Origin: Eledone cirrhosa
Lineage: Eukaryota
Assembly: GCA_964016885.1 (NCBI GenBank)
Contig: OZ024740.1
Span: forward strand, 22,258,001-22,322,000
Direction: 5' to 3'
DNA: 64,000 nt
Each line of letters starts with the position of its first letter. Within the stretch, counting starts at the first letter, position 1. The notes under the pieces were generated by a model that was given only the letters and a program-made list of their open reading frames with translations, ran no database searches and had not been told where the DNA came from. The position numbers and the translations under genes were made by a program. Positions 61,620 to 64,000 of this stretch are shown in pieces.

Positions 61620-62045
61620 TATCACACACGGCCCCACAATACCACACACACAGCCCCACAATACCACACACAGCTCCACAATACCACACACAGCCCCACA
61701 ATATCACACACAGCCCCACAATATCACACACAGCTCCACAATATCACACACGGCCCCACAATACCACACACACAGCCCCACAATACCACACACAGCCCCA
61801 CAATACCACACACAGCCCCACAATATCACACACAGCCCCACAATATCACACACAGCTCCACAATATCACACACGGCCCCACAATACCACACACACAGCCC
61901 CACAATACCACACACAGCCCCACAATACCACACACAGCCCCACAATATCACACACAGCCCCACAATATCACACACAGCTCCACAATATCACACACGGCCC
62001 CACAATACCACACACACAGCCCCACAATACCACACACAGCCCCAC
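61620..62045. repeat. 122-bp higher-order repeat (five 20-mers plus one 22-mer) at the right end of the array
   Basis: Seen: CGGCCCCACAATACCACACACACAG at 61629, 61751, 61873 and 61995. Confidence 0.9.
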
Positions 62046-62325
62046 TAGCCATCATTCCCTTTGACAGTTTTATTATGTATCTTTCATCTGAATGCCAAAA
62101 CTTATTAAAACCTAGCTCCATCTTTGCAAACGGAATCTCTGTGACATAAACACTGTCTCCTCGATTGTTGTTCACAGATTGAGAGGAAAGAAAATGAAGA
62201 GGAAGGGGAGTGGGGCGGGTGTCTGTGGTCAGAGATAGATAGGAGAAAGGGTTGAAAGAGAGATAGAGCGAGAGAAAGAGAGACCGAGAGAGTTGTACAT
62301 ATAAAACAGTAATATATAAGTCTCT

Positions 62326-62410
62326 ATGTATGTATGTTTGTATATACGTACGTAATAACGTACGTACGTACGTACGTACGTATGTATGTATGTATGTATG
62401 TATGTATGTA
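62326..62410. repeat. (TATG)n/(TACG)n microsatellite
   Basis: Seen directly. Confidence 0.9.
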
Positions 62411-62544
62411 TTGATGGATAAATAGATGATAAATAGTGCTAGATAGCTTTCTCTGTATCTCTCTTTATCTATCTATCTATCAAGGTAACTAGCCAGCTGT
62501 GTAGGTTGAGAGCACACTATAGATAAAGGTAGCTAGATGGTTCT

Positions 62545-62577
62545 AGAGAGAGAGAGGGGAGAAGGGGATAGAGAGAG

Positions 62578-62633
<56 letters not shown>
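62545..62633. repeat. (GA)n microsatellite
   Basis: Seen directly. Confidence 0.95.
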
Positions 62634-62636
<3 letters not shown>

Positions 62637-62938
62637 AATACCATTTTAAGATTTATTAAAACGAAAATAGATAACAAAAAGTGTACATTAACATATACAT
62701 ACACACACACATATTCACAAACACACACACAGTAACACAGATTTGCTCACACACGCACACAGTCTTTCTCTTTCTCTTTATTCTTTAAAGACACTTACAA
62801 TAAAGGTTGTCCACTGCCACCTTACGTATCTTGGGTTCAAATACAACTTCATACATCTTCATTTCAAATAGAATTTAGTTTTCCGCTCTAACATTGCGGA
62901 TATATAAATGAATTCGTGAATTTTATATCGATTAATAA

Positions 62939-63113
62939 TTTCTACTAAAGGCACAAGGCCAGCAATTTTTGAGGAGGGGAAAGTCGATTAAGTCGGCTCC
63001 AGTCCATACTTTTATCGACCTCGTAAGGATGAACTCAGAGCGTAAAAAGGCCGTAACTCAATGCTGCAAAGCATGGTTTCCGACGCTCTACCGTTACTGT
63101 CAATCCACCGCCC
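62939..63113 (-). mobile_element. tRNA-derived SINE, internally deleted copy
   Basis: Seen on the minus strand: GGCGGTGGATTGACAGTAACGGTAG (A-box-like), CTGAGTTCA fused to TCCTTACGAGGTCGATAAAA, and GGCCTTGTGCC. Same family as 7405-7554. Confidence 0.8.
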
Positions 63114-63515
63114 TATATATATCGAATAATAATAATATTCGATTCGTTTGCAAGCAAACAGCCTCATTACGGTATGTTTTAGACGACCGTCGCCATCCTT
63201 TTGTTCTGGTGGTGACAAGTAGATTAGAAGCCCTTTAGATATATACGATTTTTGAGATTATCATCGACAGGACACAAAGCCACACAAAACCAATGAAGTA
63301 CGAAAATGGCAAACATTTAAGATTTTCTTAAAAGCCATTAAAAAGAAATAATCTACAATATTTGGTAGTTTTACCTGATTGAGTAAACAATTAATATAAA
63401 GCGAAACAAACTGGAAACGAGAAAGTGGAAACTAAGAATTTCATGAATAGATACTCAACAGTTGGGCTAACTACGCGCTCAGGCCGAGTATTTTCAGCAT
63501 ACATACATACATAGA

Positions 63516-64000
63516 AGTATCTCCCATCTTTTCTTTGTTGATGACCTGAAGTTGTATGGGCCAAGTACCAACTATATCAAAAAACAATTGGGCCTCATTA
63601 CACAATTTTCTACAGACATCAGAATGAAATTTGGTGAGTCCAAATGTGCATATTTGTCAGTAAAATGTGGAAGGGTTGTGCCCTCCTCTTCAAATCTAGA
63701 GATGAACGGCTTGAGAATACAACCTCTACAGTCAGGTGACAACTACAGAAATCTTGGACAAGATGAGAATGTTAGATATGATGGACACATAAATAAGGAG
63801 AGAACCAGAACTCAATACCCCAGAAGAGTAAAGAAAATATGGTCATCAGAACTATCAGCATACAACAAATACATTGTCCACAATACTTATGCTGAGTCAA
63901 TCCTAACACCAACATTTGTTCTGCTGAACTGGTCATTGCAAGAACTAAGTGAGATGGATGTTAGAACTCGCAAGCTTCTCAGTGTTACTGAAAACTTTAA
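63516..64000 (+). mobile_element. 5'-truncated R4/Dong-clade non-LTR retrotransposon, reverse transcriptase region; continues past the window
   Basis: My translation, open to the window end: SISHLFFVDDLKLYG...FSTDIRMKFGESKCAYL...NYRNLGQDE...KKIWSSELSAYNK...MDVRTRKLL. The FVDD catalytic motif and the DI.M.FG..KC and IW.SEL...NK signatures fit R4/Dong RTs. Confidence 0.85.

Larger units (their letters stand above)
10778..62045. repeat. ~51-kb tandem satellite with 20-bp monomer CCACAATATCACACACAGC(C/T), roughly 2,600 units
   Basis: Seen: continuous head-to-tail units in one orientation, with recurrent 16-, 18-, 19-, 21- and 22-bp indel variants. I saw no non-satellite insertion. Unit count is estimated as length/20. 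Confidence 0.98.

Noticed and set aside
10778-62045. CRISPR-like array (constant repeat plus variable slot)
   Set aside because: The variable part is ~5 nt drawn from a few recurring types, not unique 25-45-nt spacers. There are no cas genes and the context is eukaryotic.
10960-62048. Dozens of long His/Thr-rich ORFs as protein-coding genes
   Set aside because: They overlap in all three frames, consist only of satellite translation, have arbitrary starts and stops created by point variants, and contain no unique domain or signal peptide.
62822-62845. GGGTTCAAATAC as a tRNA gene B-box
   Set aside because: No A-box or cloverleaf is visible; at most a SINE remnant.

Overview
AT-rich, microsatellite-dense eukaryotic DNA with no intact host gene. 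The tRNA-derived SINE and the repeat make-up suggest an octopod cephalopod; this is from recollection, not a database search. There are three zones. (1) 1-10775 is a mosaic of short retroelement relics sitting in (TA)n tracts. Most are Penelope-like element (PLE) 3' ends: two GIY-YIG endonuclease C-termini, about ten intact, partial or decayed hammerhead ribozyme motifs, and seven fold-back inverted repeats. RTE LINE pieces and a SINE are also present. (2) 10778-62045 is an uninterrupted ~51-kb satellite of a 20-bp monomer (CCACAATATCACACACAGCY) with nested higher-order duplications; its long 'HTAPQY' ORFs are artefacts of a monomer with no stop codons on the + strand. (3) 62046-64000 holds microsatellites, a second SINE copy and a 5'-truncated R4/Dong-type LINE reverse transcriptase running off the window. 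The most notable observation is a covarying bulged hairpin (RCTC-stem-loop-stem-TT-GAGY) in the unduplicated 3' tail of six sequence-distinct (TA)n-inserted elements. Several fold-back junctions also fall at or inside the hammerhead.
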